The notes under the pieces: generated by a model | Seen by the model: the letters and a program-made list of their open reading frames with translations, nothing else | What the model was told of the DNA's origin: nothing | Database searches by the model: none | Part shown: piece by piece, positions 1-8,543 of the stretch | Position numbering within the stretch: the first letter of the stretch is position 1 | Layout: each line of letters opens with the position of its first letter | Translations under genes and position numbers: made by a program | Source of the DNA: Candidatus Woesearchaeota archaeon | Lineage (GTDB): Archaea > Nanobdellota > Nanobdellia > Pacearchaeales > GW2011-AR1 | Assembly: GCA_964579545.1 (NCBI GenBank) | Contig: CAZOGQ010000001.1 | Coordinates: 1-39,985, forward strand | Reading direction: 5' to 3' | Length of the DNA stretch: 39,985 nucleotides

Positions 1-1
1 A

Positions 2-511
2 GAAGATTTAAAGATTTTAGAGCTTCCTTACAAAGGCGAGGATATTTCTATGTTAATTTTATTACCAACAGAGAATCTTGATTCTATAGAGAGTTTATTA
101 ACAGCAGAAAAACTTAATGAATGGAAATCTCAAATGCAAGAAACAAAATTAGATGCAATTTATCTTCCTAAATTTGAATTTGACACAAAATACAAGCTAA
201 ATGATAACCTAAGCGCATTAGGAATGCCAACTGCTTTTTCAGATAATGCAGATTTTTCAGGAATGGCTGGCAAGATCTTCTGTCTGCCCAAGAAAGACTT
301 GTTTATTAGTTTTGTTATTCACCAGGCTTATGTCAAGGTTGATGAAAAAGGAACAGAGGCTGCTGCTGCAACAGCAGTAGGCATGAGGATTATCTCTGCT
401 GGGCCAGGAAATGTTTTTAGAGCAGACCACCCATTTATATTTGTGATTCAACAGAAAGATTCTGGAAATATATTATTTATGGGAAGAGTCAGCGACCCTA
501 CAAAACAATAA
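2..511 (+). CDS. Serpin (serine protease inhibitor), C-terminal part; 5' end outside window
   Basis: The frame is open from nt 2 (EDLKILELPYKGEDISMLILLP), upstream of the tracked ATG at 50. It has the serpin hinge 'EKGTEAAAATAV' and the C-terminal signature 'FRADHPFIFVIQ..GNILFMGRV'. It is a paralogue of 32740..34347. Confidence 0.9.
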   Translation, partial: EDLKILELPYKGEDISMLILLPTENLDSIESLLTAEKLNEWKSQMQETKLDAIYLPKFEFDTKYKLNDNLSALGMPTAFSDNADFSGMAGKIFCLPKKDLFISFVIHQAYVKVDEKGTEAAAATAVGMRIISAGPGNVFRADHPFIFVIQQKDSGNILFMGRVSDPTKQ

Positions 512-513
512 AT

Positions 514-789
514 CTAAAATTTCTTAAAATATATTTTATCGTGATGGTCAAAGTCTGTAAAATAAATTAAATTTTCCTTTTTGTCAAATCTAAAGGCTAA
601 AACAAGACTTCCTGTGTGGGCTCTTTTGAATTCCTTTAAATCGTGTCTAAGATTTTTACAGTGCTCTATGTCAGAGGAATTAGTTATCTTATTAATCTTT
701 TTTAAAATTTGCTCATGAAGTTTTTTATCTTTTTTAGATAATTTCAAAAGGATTTTATCCAAATTTTTGCTTACCCCATAATTAAGCAT
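514..789 (-). CDS. RelE/YafQ-type type II toxin (putative mRNA interferase)
   Basis: 91 aa. The C-terminal half 'LKEFKRAHTGSLVLAFRFDKKENLIYFTDFDHHDKIY' fits the RelE/StbE/YafQ pattern. There is a 1-nt gap to the small upstream partner gene. Confidence 0.55.
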   Translation of the reverse strand: MLNYGVSKNLDKILLKLSKKDKKLHEQILKKINKITNSSDIEHCKNLRHDLKEFKRAHTGSLVLAFRFDKKENLIYFTDFDHHDKIYFKKF

Positions 790-790
790 T

Positions 791-1033
791 TTACTTTCCT
801 TCTATAATTTTTCTTAATTCTTCAATAGAAGTGAAAGTTTTTCCGTAACCTTCTTTTTCAATTTTCTTTAATTTTTCTAGATATTCTGGTCTTATTTCAG
901 GTTCAAGTTGTTTTTCATACCCCTTTAATAAGAAGATTATTGCTTGCTCTTTATTTTTAAATCCATATTTAGCTTTGACTATGTTTAGTATTCTATCTTC
1001 ATGTTCTGGGATGGAAATTGTTGCAGTTACCAT
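791..1033 (-). CDS. Putative antitoxin (RHH-like small DNA-binding protein) of the 514..789 toxin
   Basis: 80 aa, located directly upstream of the toxin. The N-terminal 'ATISIPEHEDRILNIVKAKYGF' resembles a ribbon-helix-helix strand plus helix. Confidence 0.5.
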   Translation of the reverse strand: MVTATISIPEHEDRILNIVKAKYGFKNKEQAIIFLLKGYEKQLEPEIRPEYLEKLKKIEKEGYGKTFTSIEELRKIIEGK

Positions 1034-1060
1034 TTTACAATATTTTACAATATTTTATAG
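1033..1060 (-). promoter_or_regulatory. Tandem 10-bp repeat plus TATA-like box upstream of the antitoxin gene (putative operator/promoter)
   Basis: The + strand reads ttttacaata ttttacaata ttttatag. On the - strand this is TATAAAAT followed by two ATTGTAAAAT units, the last overlapping the ATG. Confidence 0.4.
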
Positions 1061-1171
1061 TGAACAATAGCATCTAAACTTTTTGATTATTTCTTTTGTT
1101 TTTACTAAACTTTCAAAGAAAATTTTAGAAAGTTCTAAAACCCCCAATAATTATTTTAGATTTCACAAATA

Positions 1172-1179
1172 TTTAAATA
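1172..1179 (+). promoter_or_regulatory. TATA box (TTTAAATA), first T 29 nt upstream of the ATG at 1201
   Basis: The same box-to-ATG spacing recurs at many genes in this window. Confidence 0.5.
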
Positions 1180-1200
1180 ACTCTTTTTTCTGATAATATA

Positions 1201-2553
1201 ATGATATGTAAGAGAGGAGCATTTTTTTTTGTATTTATTTTTTTGTTATCAATTAATATTGTAAATGCAATTGAATTTGAACTTTCAAAGTCAATTTACC
1301 AGCCTGGCGAGACTCTTCAGGCTGAAATTTCAGGATCTATCTTAGAGAATATAGAACATGAAGATATTTCATTTTATTCTGGCAGGACAAAAGTTCCTCT
1401 TGTTTATGATTTAGCTAAGATAAATGATAGGTACTACACTTATGCTTTATTACCCTATAAAGAAAGAAATTATACAATTAAAGTGAAGGGTGTTTTTTAT
1501 AAAAAACAAGGAACAGAAATTCGTGAAGACTTGATTCTTAATTTCAGTATAAAATCAACAAAAAACTATTCTCTTGGCTTTAATCCTGGTTTTATTATAA
1601 CAAAGAATGATTTTTTTATTGGGTTAGAAAATAAAGGAAAAGAAGATGATATTAATGCAGTATTTGAAGCAACTGATGAAAAATATGAAATTCAGTTAGG
1701 CGAAGAAGAAAGTGAAAAGATTTTATTTTTAGTTTCTAAGATTGAAAACTATACAGAGAGTAAGATAAAAATAACGATAAAGGGCCAAAATTATGAAATT
1801 CCTGTGTTTATTATCCCTGAAGATTCTAGAATAAACATAACAAAAAAAGCAAGATTAAGATTTTTTCCTTCATCAAAAAATTTAACTTTAAAAAAAGATA
1901 AACTCTGGGTTACTAAATTTACACTTTCTAATCTTGGGGATATGGATTTAAAAGATATCAAACTTTCTATTATCGATAAAGATAAAGATATTAATGCACT
2001 TGTTTCTCCAAAGAATATCTCGTTTTTAGAAGCAAACGATGAAATAAAAATTAACCTTTCTTTTGAAGCTAAAGAAGAAGATATTTTTGTTTTTAAAATT
2101 AAAGCTAAAACAGAGAATCTAACTGCTTATACAACCTTCCAATTAAACTCAACACCAGAGAAAATAGAAAATGGAGAAAATGGTAAGGATGATGATTTTG
2201 ATGATACTAGGCCAGGCAATGAAAAAAAGTGTGGTGAGTTAAATGGGCAGATATGTGGTGAAGATGAAATATGTAATGCTGAAGAAACACTAGCAGCAGA
2301 TGGCTATTGTTGTCTTGGAGAATGTGAAAAACAAGGAAATAGTGGGGGAATTGGCAAGTGGATTGGATTTGTTTTATTTGTTGTAGTTATTATTATTCTG
2401 ATTCTTGTCTTCAGAAAAATCAAGAAACAAAAATCAAGTTCCGAAGAAATACTTAAGAAGAGAGCAAAAATACAGGGGCAAAAACCACTGATAACCAGAG
2501 AACAGAAGCCATCATCACCACAAGAACAAAAGAAATTATTGAAAAAGAAGTAA
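1201..2553 (+). CDS. Surface/secreted protein with C-terminal Cys-rich module, TM anchor and Lys-rich tail
   Basis: 450 aa. It has an N-terminal signal-like segment 'GAFFFVFIFLLSINIVNA' and many N-x-S/T sequons. It also has 'KKCGELNGQICGEDEICNAEETLAADGYCCLGECEK', the TM helix 'WIGFVLFVVVIIILILVF' and a K-rich tail. Confidence 0.7.
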   Translation: MICKRGAFFFVFIFLLSINIVNAIEFELSKSIYQPGETLQAEISGSILENIEHEDISFYSGRTKVPLVYDLAKINDRYYTYALLPYKERNYTIKVKGVFYKKQGTEIREDLILNFSIKSTKNYSLGFNPGFIITKNDFFIGLENKGKEDDINAVFEATDEKYEIQLGEEESEKILFLVSKIENYTESKIKITIKGQNYEIPVFIIPEDSRINITKKARLRFFPSSKNLTLKKDKLWVTKFTLSNLGDMDLKDIKLSIIDKDKDINALVSPKNISFLEANDEIKINLSFEAKEEDIFVFKIKAKTENLTAYTTFQLNSTPEKIENGENGKDDDFDDTRPGNEKKCGELNGQICGEDEICNAEETLAADGYCCLGECEKQGNSGGIGKWIGFVLFVVVIIILILVFRKIKKQKSSSEEILKKRAKIQGQKPLITREQKPSSPQEQKKLLKKK

Positions 2554-2982
2554 TTACTTTTTCTTTAATTCTTTTAATCTTAGAAAATCGAAGATTAAAA
2601 TCAAGATCGCAAAAAATGGGGTGAATGAAAATAAAAGAATCCCCATTTTTTCTATAAAGAATTTATAAAAAATTGAAATTAATATTAAACATATTATAAT
2701 TATACCAATCTGAAATTTTATTCCTGCTTCATGGCCTTCTATAAATGCTCTAAGCAACAAGAATTTAGCTCTGAAGAAAAATCCTATTAAAATTATTAAA
2801 ACAGCAAAGATAGAGATTAAGGCAGCATTTAATGAAGAAGAAAGTCTGGAATTTCCAAGTTGAGAATTAAGATAAATAAAACAACCAATCCCAAAAACAA
2901 TTATTATAACTATCAACAGATAAATATAAGCTCTAACAATCTTAGACTCTTTCATCTTTTGGGGTATTTCTCTTAGCTTCAT
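2554..2982 (-). CDS. Small polytopic membrane protein
   Basis: 142 aa with 3-4 hydrophobic helices. It has an ATGA 4-nt overlap with the upstream gene 2979..3509. Its stop codon abuts the stop of the convergent gene 1201..2553. Confidence 0.6.
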   Translation of the reverse strand: MKLREIPQKMKESKIVRAYIYLLIVIIIVFGIGCFIYLNSQLGNSRLSSSLNAALISIFAVLIILIGFFFRAKFLLLRAFIEGHEAGIKFQIGIIIICLILISIFYKFFIEKMGILLFSFTPFFAILILIFDFLRLKELKKK

Positions 2983-3509
2983 ATTTTCTTAGATTTTTTA
3001 ATTGACTTTGTCTTTTTCTTCCTCGCGTTTGGTTTTTTTGTCTTACTTGTTTTTTTGCTTTCTTTTTTTATTGCAGGTATTAGTTTATTTTTACTTTCTA
3101 TTTCTTGCTTTGTCCTTGCTAACTGATTTTGTAGTATATTTTTTTCCATAACTAATCTTTTTACAACTTCATCATATCTATGAAGTTTAATTATCAGAAG
3201 ATTGAGTAAATTATTCAAGTCATTATTTTTAAATTTTAACTCAGCAGGGGAAATAACCTCAATATGTGAAGGCATGTATTTAAATACAATCAAAAGTAAA
3301 ATTTGTAAGGAATCTGCTTTAATTTCCACATCTCCGAATATAGAATACATCTCTTCTTTTATTTTATCTATTTTTTTTGGTTCCGCAACTTTCCTGTCCA
3401 TAATTTCAATACCTTTTTCATTACCCATCCCGTCAATTAACTTTCCGAGAGTATCTTTTATATGTTCTGCTGGCCTACCAATCATTTCTAAAATTAAAGA
3501 TACATGCAT
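2979..3509 (-). CDS. Hypothetical protein with coiled-coil region and Lys-rich C-terminal tail
   Basis: 176-aa ORF translationally coupled to the downstream membrane protein. No recognisable family motif. Confidence 0.55.
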   Translation of the reverse strand: MHVSLILEMIGRPAEHIKDTLGKLIDGMGNEKGIEIMDRKVAEPKKIDKIKEEMYSIFGDVEIKADSLQILLLIVFKYMPSHIEVISPAELKFKNNDLNNLLNLLIIKLHRYDEVVKRLVMEKNILQNQLARTKQEIESKNKLIPAIKKESKKTSKTKKPNARKKKTKSIKKSKKI

Positions 3510-3531
3510 TTTTTGATTTTACCTTTTTTTC

Positions 3532-4377
3532 TTAACTCTTATTTATTTTAAATAAAAACAATAACACAATTAAAAGGCACAAGACACTGAAGCCATATAT
3601 TGCAAGTGTTTTTATTTTCTCGTTATTCGAAATATAAAGATTTTGCTTTTTTATATCTTTTGGCTCAGAATTCAGTTTGATTTCTTGGCTTTTTTTACCT
3701 TTTTCATCTCCTTCTTCTAAGCTTTCTTTAATTTTTTTAACATCTTGCCCGATCATTTTGCTTGTTTTACTTTCTTTATCTTCGTTATCTTTATCTTTTG
3801 TTTCTTGTCCAGTTTCTGTTGTTTGTTCTTTTTTAGTATCTTCACTTTCTTGTTCTTCTGATTCTTCATTCTTTTCTTGTGTTTCACAAAAATTTTCTTC
3901 AATAGGAGTTGGCCAACACTGTTGCCAGTCATTAATGAATTGCCAGCTTTTATCATTACTTGATGAGCTATAAGTGAAACTATCGATATTATCCCCCTCT
4001 TTATTTGTTAAACTAATGCTATCTCCTTTGTCATTCAAGCCTAGATTTTTAGCTTCTATTATTTTATCTTCCTGAACTTGCCAGTTTTTTAAAAAAGCCT
4101 GTTTGTTTTTTGTTATTATTAAAAAGTCTTCCATAGTATAGTTAAAAGTAAATTCTTGGTATCTGCCAGTTGTATCGATTTTCAAATTTGTTAGTTCTAC
4201 TAACTCATCACTAAAAATTTCAATCCACTCACAATTCTCAGTATAAATTGCCTTCGGAGTTCTCGGCATAACTTCGTTTATTCTAATAGAAGCAGAAACT
4301 AAACAAATATCAAGGATAAAAATTATAAAAGTTAAAGCTATTGCCAAACACCTGGAATTTTTTGTCCGCAAGAACAT
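3532..4377 (-). CDS. Secreted lamin-tail-domain (LTD)-like protein with acidic linker and C-terminal TM anchor
   Basis: It has a signal-like N-terminus. 'IRINEVMPRTP..NCEWIEIFSDELVELTNLKI' matches the LTD 'INEV...EWIEL.N' pattern. It also has a long E/D/K-rich region and the terminal helix 'LAIYGFSVLCLLIVLLFLF'. Confidence 0.6.
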   Translation of the reverse strand: MFLRTKNSRCLAIALTFIIFILDICLVSASIRINEVMPRTPKAIYTENCEWIEIFSDELVELTNLKIDTTGRYQEFTFNYTMEDFLIITKNKQAFLKNWQVQEDKIIEAKNLGLNDKGDSISLTNKEGDNIDSFTYSSSSNDKSWQFINDWQQCWPTPIEENFCETQEKNEESEEQESEDTKKEQTTETGQETKDKDNEDKESKTSKMIGQDVKKIKESLEEGDEKGKKSQEIKLNSEPKDIKKQNLYISNNEKIKTLAIYGFSVLCLLIVLLFLFKINKS

Positions 4378-5360
4378 CTGCCTCGTTTTAATTTATTTTC
4401 AATAATATTAAAACCATTTCTGCGTATTAAAGTTTTATTGCACTTTGGACAATATGTATTGTTGCCCTCTTCGTCTGGCAAATTCCCTGTGTAAACATAA
4501 TTCATGCCAACATTCATCGCTGTTTTTCTTGCTTTTTTTAAAGTTTCTAGTGATGTTGGCTGTCTATCTGTTAATTTATAACATGGATAGAAGGCAGTGA
4601 AATGCAGAGGAACATCTGCTCCAAGATTATTTAATATCCAAGAAATAATTTTTCTTATGCTATACAAAGAGTCATTTAAACCAGGAATTAATAAATTAGT
4701 CAGCTCAATCCAAACTCCTTCTTGTTTCATTATCTTGATTGCTTTTAACACAGGTTCAACTCTTGCTCCGCATATTTTTTTATAAAATTCGTCTGATAAA
4801 GATTTCAAGTCAATATTACTTCCATCTAAATATTTACAAAGCTCTTTAAGGGGCTTGGGATTTATAAAGCCATTAGTTACTGTTGTGTTTTTTATGCCTT
4901 CTGCTTGAGCGAGTTTAGCTATTTCAAGCATATATTCATAAAAAATAGTTGGTTCTGTGTATGTATATGAGATTATTTTCGTATTAGTTTCCTTTGCCTT
5001 AGAAATAACTTGCTCTGGTTTAATATTAAAACTGAATTTATCTATTTTCTCTGTATCTTCTTTCTTAATCTGCGAAATTTCCCAGTTTTGGCAATTCTTA
5101 CATTGTAAGTTACACCCGACGGTAGCAATGCTCAATGCATCTTGGCCTGGCAAAAAATGGTAGAGAGGTTTTTTTTCAATTGGATCAAGGTTCAAAGAAC
5201 ATGGTTTGCCATAAACTAAACTTTTTATTTTACCATTAATATTTTGTCTGACACCACACTTGCCGATTTCATCTATATAGAGAGTACAGTGATGTGGGCA
5301 TAACTGACACTGTACAACATTATTTCCAAGTTTTTTATAAAAAAGTGCTTGTTTTGGCAT
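4338..5360 (-). CDS. AmmeMemoRadiSam-system-type radical SAM enzyme (PflA-activase-like)
   Basis: It has an N-terminal Cys cluster 'VQCQLCPHHCTL..GKCGVR', 'DPIEKKPLYHFLPG', and the radical SAM motif 'GCNLQCKNCQNWEIS'. The 3' end overlaps the next gene by 40 nt. Confidence 0.8.
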   Translation of the reverse strand: MPKQALFYKKLGNNVVQCQLCPHHCTLYIDEIGKCGVRQNINGKIKSLVYGKPCSLNLDPIEKKPLYHFLPGQDALSIATVGCNLQCKNCQNWEISQIKKEDTEKIDKFSFNIKPEQVISKAKETNTKIISYTYTEPTIFYEYMLEIAKLAQAEGIKNTTVTNGFINPKPLKELCKYLDGSNIDLKSLSDEFYKKICGARVEPVLKAIKIMKQEGVWIELTNLLIPGLNDSLYSIRKIISWILNNLGADVPLHFTAFYPCYKLTDRQPTSLETLKKARKTAMNVGMNYVYTGNLPDEEGNNTYCPKCNKTLIRRNGFNIIENKLKRGRCSCGQKIPGVWQ

Positions 5361-5445
5361 TTTAAAAATAGTTTTGTTAACTTATATTATATTAATCAAG
5401 CATTTAAAATATATAAATATTTGCTAAGATAAACCCCCATAAACA

Positions 5446-6144
5446 TTAAACACTTATTTTAAGGTTTTCCAAAGCTTTTTCTAGACTTCTGGTAGCGTGA
5501 GCTAACACAAATAATAATTCAAAGGCATAATAAGGTGAGTCTTTATTTGTAGAATCTCCTTGATGTTCTGTTAACTGGTTAAGAATTGCTGAATTAATTC
5601 TTGGCGTGTATGCTTTCCATAAACTTACTACTTGTTCATATTCAATAGGATTTCTTTTGTGAGGCATAGTAGAATAACCAATTCTATTCTCCAAGAATTC
5701 TCCATGGCTAAATTCGCTAATTTCATCTCTAAACCCATGCCTTATATCATTTGCGATATTTGCTTGCATAGAGAAAGCTATAATTGGAAAATAAACTAAG
5801 TCAGAGATTCTATCATTTCTTTTTGCTTCGTTAAGGCAATCAAAGTCTAGTGGTAGTTTTTTAATATCCAGAATTCTTTTTTTTAATCGTTCAGCATAAC
5901 CTATGAAAACCTCGTCAAGGCTTATTTCTCCTTCATGCACGCCATCAATTCTTCTTGGAATTTGTTTTTCTTTATTTTCTTTTGCTACACATAAAAGCCT
6001 ATTTTCGAGTGAATGGAGTCTCGGGATAACTACGTCTGAAGTTGCTCTTTTTAGTTTAGTAAAAATATCTAATTTAGCGTACTCTCTAACCCTTTTAATA
6101 AGTTCATCGTCTTTTGAAATATATCTAAAATCAATAGGCGACAA
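5446..6144 (-). CDS. Half-length adenylosuccinate-lyase (PurB)/fumarate-lyase-family-like protein, probably non-catalytic
   Basis: 232 aa. 'IGYSTMPHKRNPIEYEQV' fits the signature GSSxMPxKxNP. 'RIDGVHEGE' aligns with PurB 'RTHGVHAEP', and 'SPIDFRY' resembles the PurB N-terminus. PurB proteins are about 430-460 aa. Confidence 0.6.
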   Translation of the reverse strand: MSPIDFRYISKDDELIKRVREYAKLDIFTKLKRATSDVVIPRLHSLENRLLCVAKENKEKQIPRRIDGVHEGEISLDEVFIGYAERLKKRILDIKKLPLDFDCLNEAKRNDRISDLVYFPIIAFSMQANIANDIRHGFRDEISEFSHGEFLENRIGYSTMPHKRNPIEYEQVVSLWKAYTPRINSAILNQLTEHQGDSTNKDSPYYAFELLFVLAHATRSLEKALENLKISV

Positions 6145-6225
6145 GATTAAATTTATCCATGAAACACAATGATAGAAAAACTATAAAAACCCATTGAAAC
6201 AACAAACTTTTTATAATACTATTTC

Positions 6226-6471
6226 TTAATCATAAACATGTTTTCTATGCTCGTATCTCAATAGATAAATTGTATTATTTTTGAAAGAATAAATAACTCT
6301 GTAAGGTTTATCATACACCGTTCTCTCTCCCTTTAACCCATATCTTAAGGGTTTTCCTACTTCTGGGTTTTTTATTATTTTTTCAATCTGCTTTTTAACT
6401 TTAATTTTCATAGAGAAATCAATTTTTTTAAAATCTTGTTCAAATTTTTCTGTCCAGATAACTTCTACCAT
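6226..6471 (-). CDS. RelE/ParE-family type II toxin
   Basis: 81 aa. 'KIIKNPEVGKPLRYGLKGERTVYDKPYRVIYSFKNNTIYLLRYEHRKHVY' is the classic RelE/StbE pattern. It overlaps the upstream antitoxin gene by 7 nt. Confidence 0.7.
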   Translation of the reverse strand: MVEVIWTEKFEQDFKKIDFSMKIKVKKQIEKIIKNPEVGKPLRYGLKGERTVYDKPYRVIYSFKNNTIYLLRYEHRKHVYD

Positions 6472-6734
6472 TCTTTTAGCTTAGCTAAGAATTCTTCACT
6501 AGTTGCTTTTTTAAATTTTCCTTTTTCTATATCTTCCCAAGCTTCTTCTATCTTCTTGAGAGTTTCTACTTCTTCTTTTACAAGTTTACTTTCTATTTTT
6601 TTTAAAACAAGTATATTTTTCTTTCTTATAACTGCTAATGCCTCTCCTTCGTGAAGCTCAAGCTCTTCTCTCATTTCTCTTGGTATTACAACTTGCCCTT
6701 TAGTGCTCATTTTAGTTACTTCTATTTTTGCCAT
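6465..6734 (-). CDS. AbrB/MazE/SpoVT-family antitoxin
   Basis: 89 aa. 'MSTKGQVVIPREMREELELHEGEALAV' is the swapped-hairpin AbrB-type motif. Confidence 0.75.
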   Translation of the reverse strand: MAKIEVTKMSTKGQVVIPREMREELELHEGEALAVIRKKNILVLKKIESKLVKEEVETLKKIEEAWEDIEKGKFKKATSEEFLAKLKEW

Positions 6735-6737
6735 ATT

Positions 6738-6752
6738 GTAAGATATTCTTAC
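6738..6752. promoter_or_regulatory. Perfect 15-bp palindrome GTAAGATATTCTTAC between TATA box and antitoxin ATG (putative operator)
   Basis: It lies between the palindromic TTTATAAA box at 6756..6763 (29 nt from the ATG at 6734 on the - strand) and the start codon. Confidence 0.45.
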
Positions 6753-6781
6753 TTCTTTATAAATCTTTCTATTTCCATAAT

Positions 6782-6789
6782 TTTATAAA
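6782..6789 (+). promoter_or_regulatory. TATA box (TTTATAAA), 29 nt upstream of the gatD ATG
   Basis: Box starts at 6782 and the ATG is at 6811. Confidence 0.5.
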
Positions 6790-6810
6790 TTCTTTTTTTC
6801 TTGTTATATC

Positions 6811-8124
6811 ATGTTAAAAAAACAAACAAAAAAACAGGCAGAAGCACAATCAGGTGATTTTGTGCAGATTAAGAAAGGCAAAGACATAACAAAAGGCACT
6901 TTACTTGAAAGTTATGAGCAAGGTATATTGTTGTTAAAGTTAAAGTCTGGTTACAATATTGGTATAAAAAAATCTGATGTTACAAGCACAAAGGTTATTG
7001 AGAGGTATAAAGAATCAGGACAAGAGGAAATACAAATAAAAAAAGATAATGAGAAAAAAAATATTGGCATGATAATAACAGGAGGAACAATTTCTGCTCG
7101 TCTTGATTATAAAACAGGAGGAGTAAGTTGGTTGACAAATCCAGAACAGCTTTTTAAATTTTATCCGAAAATATTTGATATTGTTAATATACAGAAAATT
7201 GAAGTGCCATTTATGATGGCAAGTGAAAATATGTCAGGAAAAGAATGGCAGATTATTGCTAAAACAGCTTTTGATCTATTGCAAGACAATAATGTCCATG
7301 GTTTAATTATTACACATGGAACTGACTTTTTGCATTATACTTCTGCAGCATTATCTTTTTTTCTTCGTAACCTGAAGAAACCAGTTGTCTTAACATATTC
7401 ACAGAGATCAACAGACAGGGGAAGTTCAGATGCTGCTTTAAATTTAGAGTGCGCTGCAAGAGCAGCTGTATCTGATATTGCAGAAGTCACACTTGTAGGA
7501 CATGCTTCTTTGAATGATGAATTTTGTTATGCATTGCCTGGTACAAAGACAAGGAAGATGCATAGTTCAAGAAGAGATACTTTTCGGCCAATTAATGCTT
7601 TACCTTTTGCCAAGATATGGCCTGATAGGATTGAGAAAATCTCTCAATATAGAACAAGAGAAATTGCAAAAAAATCTGGGAAATTTCAACTTGACAATAA
7701 GTTTGAAAATAAAGTTGCTTTAATTAAATTTTATCCTGGGCAAAGCCCAGATATTATTGATTTTTATGCTAAGAATTATAAGGGCATTGTTGTGGAGGCA
7801 AGTGGACTTGGGCATTTACCTGTTGGAAGCATCAAACACAATTGGCTTGCTAAATTAAAAAAATTAATAAATAATGGCTTAATTGTATGTGCAGCCCCAC
7901 AAACACTTTATGGAAGACTTGATCCATATGTATACTCGCCAGCTCGCCAGCTCCTTGATGCTGGTGTGATTTATCTTGAAGATATGCTACCTGAAACAGC
8001 TTTTGTAAAATTAGGGTGGGTACTTGCTAAAACAAAAGACAAAGAAAAAGCAAAAGAACTTATGCTAGAAAATTTTTCACATGAAATAAATAAAAGGTTG
8101 ACAACACAGGAATTTTTATACTAA
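6811..8124 (+). CDS. gatD: Glu-tRNA(Gln) amidotransferase subunit D
   Basis: 437 aa with an N-terminal GatD-specific domain followed by an asparaginase-type domain. Motifs seen: 'IITGGTISARLDYKTGGV', 'ITHGTDFLHYTSAALSF'. Confidence 0.9.
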   Translation: MLKKQTKKQAEAQSGDFVQIKKGKDITKGTLLESYEQGILLLKLKSGYNIGIKKSDVTSTKVIERYKESGQEEIQIKKDNEKKNIGMIITGGTISARLDYKTGGVSWLTNPEQLFKFYPKIFDIVNIQKIEVPFMMASENMSGKEWQIIAKTAFDLLQDNNVHGLIITHGTDFLHYTSAALSFFLRNLKKPVVLTYSQRSTDRGSSDAALNLECAARAAVSDIAEVTLVGHASLNDEFCYALPGTKTRKMHSSRRDTFRPINALPFAKIWPDRIEKISQYRTREIAKKSGKFQLDNKFENKVALIKFYPGQSPDIIDFYAKNYKGIVVEASGLGHLPVGSIKHNWLAKLKKLINNGLIVCAAPQTLYGRLDPYVYSPARQLLDAGVIYLEDMLPETAFVKLGWVLAKTKDKEKAKELMLENFSHEINKRLTTQEFLY

Positions 8125-8150
8125 ATAAAAAAATTAGAAACAAGTATAAA

Positions 8151-8543
8151 ATGGCAAAAACAATACTGATTGTTATCATTGGAATTATTGCACTTATTAT
8201 TATTTTTGTCTTGGTTTTTAGACCAGGAGGAGAAGATTCTTGGATTAAAGACAAAAGAGGGGTTTGGATAAAACATGGCGTGCCTCCAAAAACACCTGAA
8301 GAAGTTAGAGAACAAGAAGAACTTTTAAAAGAAGCTAAACAATTATGCGAAAATAAGAAAACTGAAATGCAACTTGAAAGCCAGTGTTTGGGAACAATTA
8401 GTGATTATGTTGTTGATATTGTGAGTGTGCCGAGAAGTGAAGAAGATAACCTTCCTGAGAATCAGTGTCAGGATTATAGAGAAGGCAAGGCAGGGCATTT
8501 TATTGAACTTGATAAAGAGGGTGGCTTAGTGAGAGTAGTTTAA
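8151..8543 (+). CDS. Small membrane-anchored protein of unknown function
   Basis: 130 aa with an N-terminal TM helix 'ILIVIIGIIALIIIFVLVF' and a Cys-containing soluble domain. It starts 27 nt after gatD. Confidence 0.5.
   Translation: MAKTILIVIIGIIALIIIFVLVFRPGGEDSWIKDKRGVWIKHGVPPKTPEEVREQEELLKEAKQLCENKKTEMQLESQCLGTISDYVVDIVSVPRSEEDNLPENQCQDYREGKAGHFIELDKEGGLVRVV

Noticed and set aside
3677-3973. Antisense and shadow ORFs in the track. Examples are 257..451, 3202..3516, 3677..3973, 3753..3956, 4597..4785, 4957..5163, 5903..6172, 6436..6654, 12208..12895 (several), 30633..31195 (several), 34718..35121 and 35340..35798.
   Set aside because: Each lies inside a longer ORF with clear family motifs on the other strand or in another frame. 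They have low-complexity Ser/Leu/Phe/Ile-rich composition typical of AT-rich antisense frames, and none has a TATA box at the 29-nt spacing.
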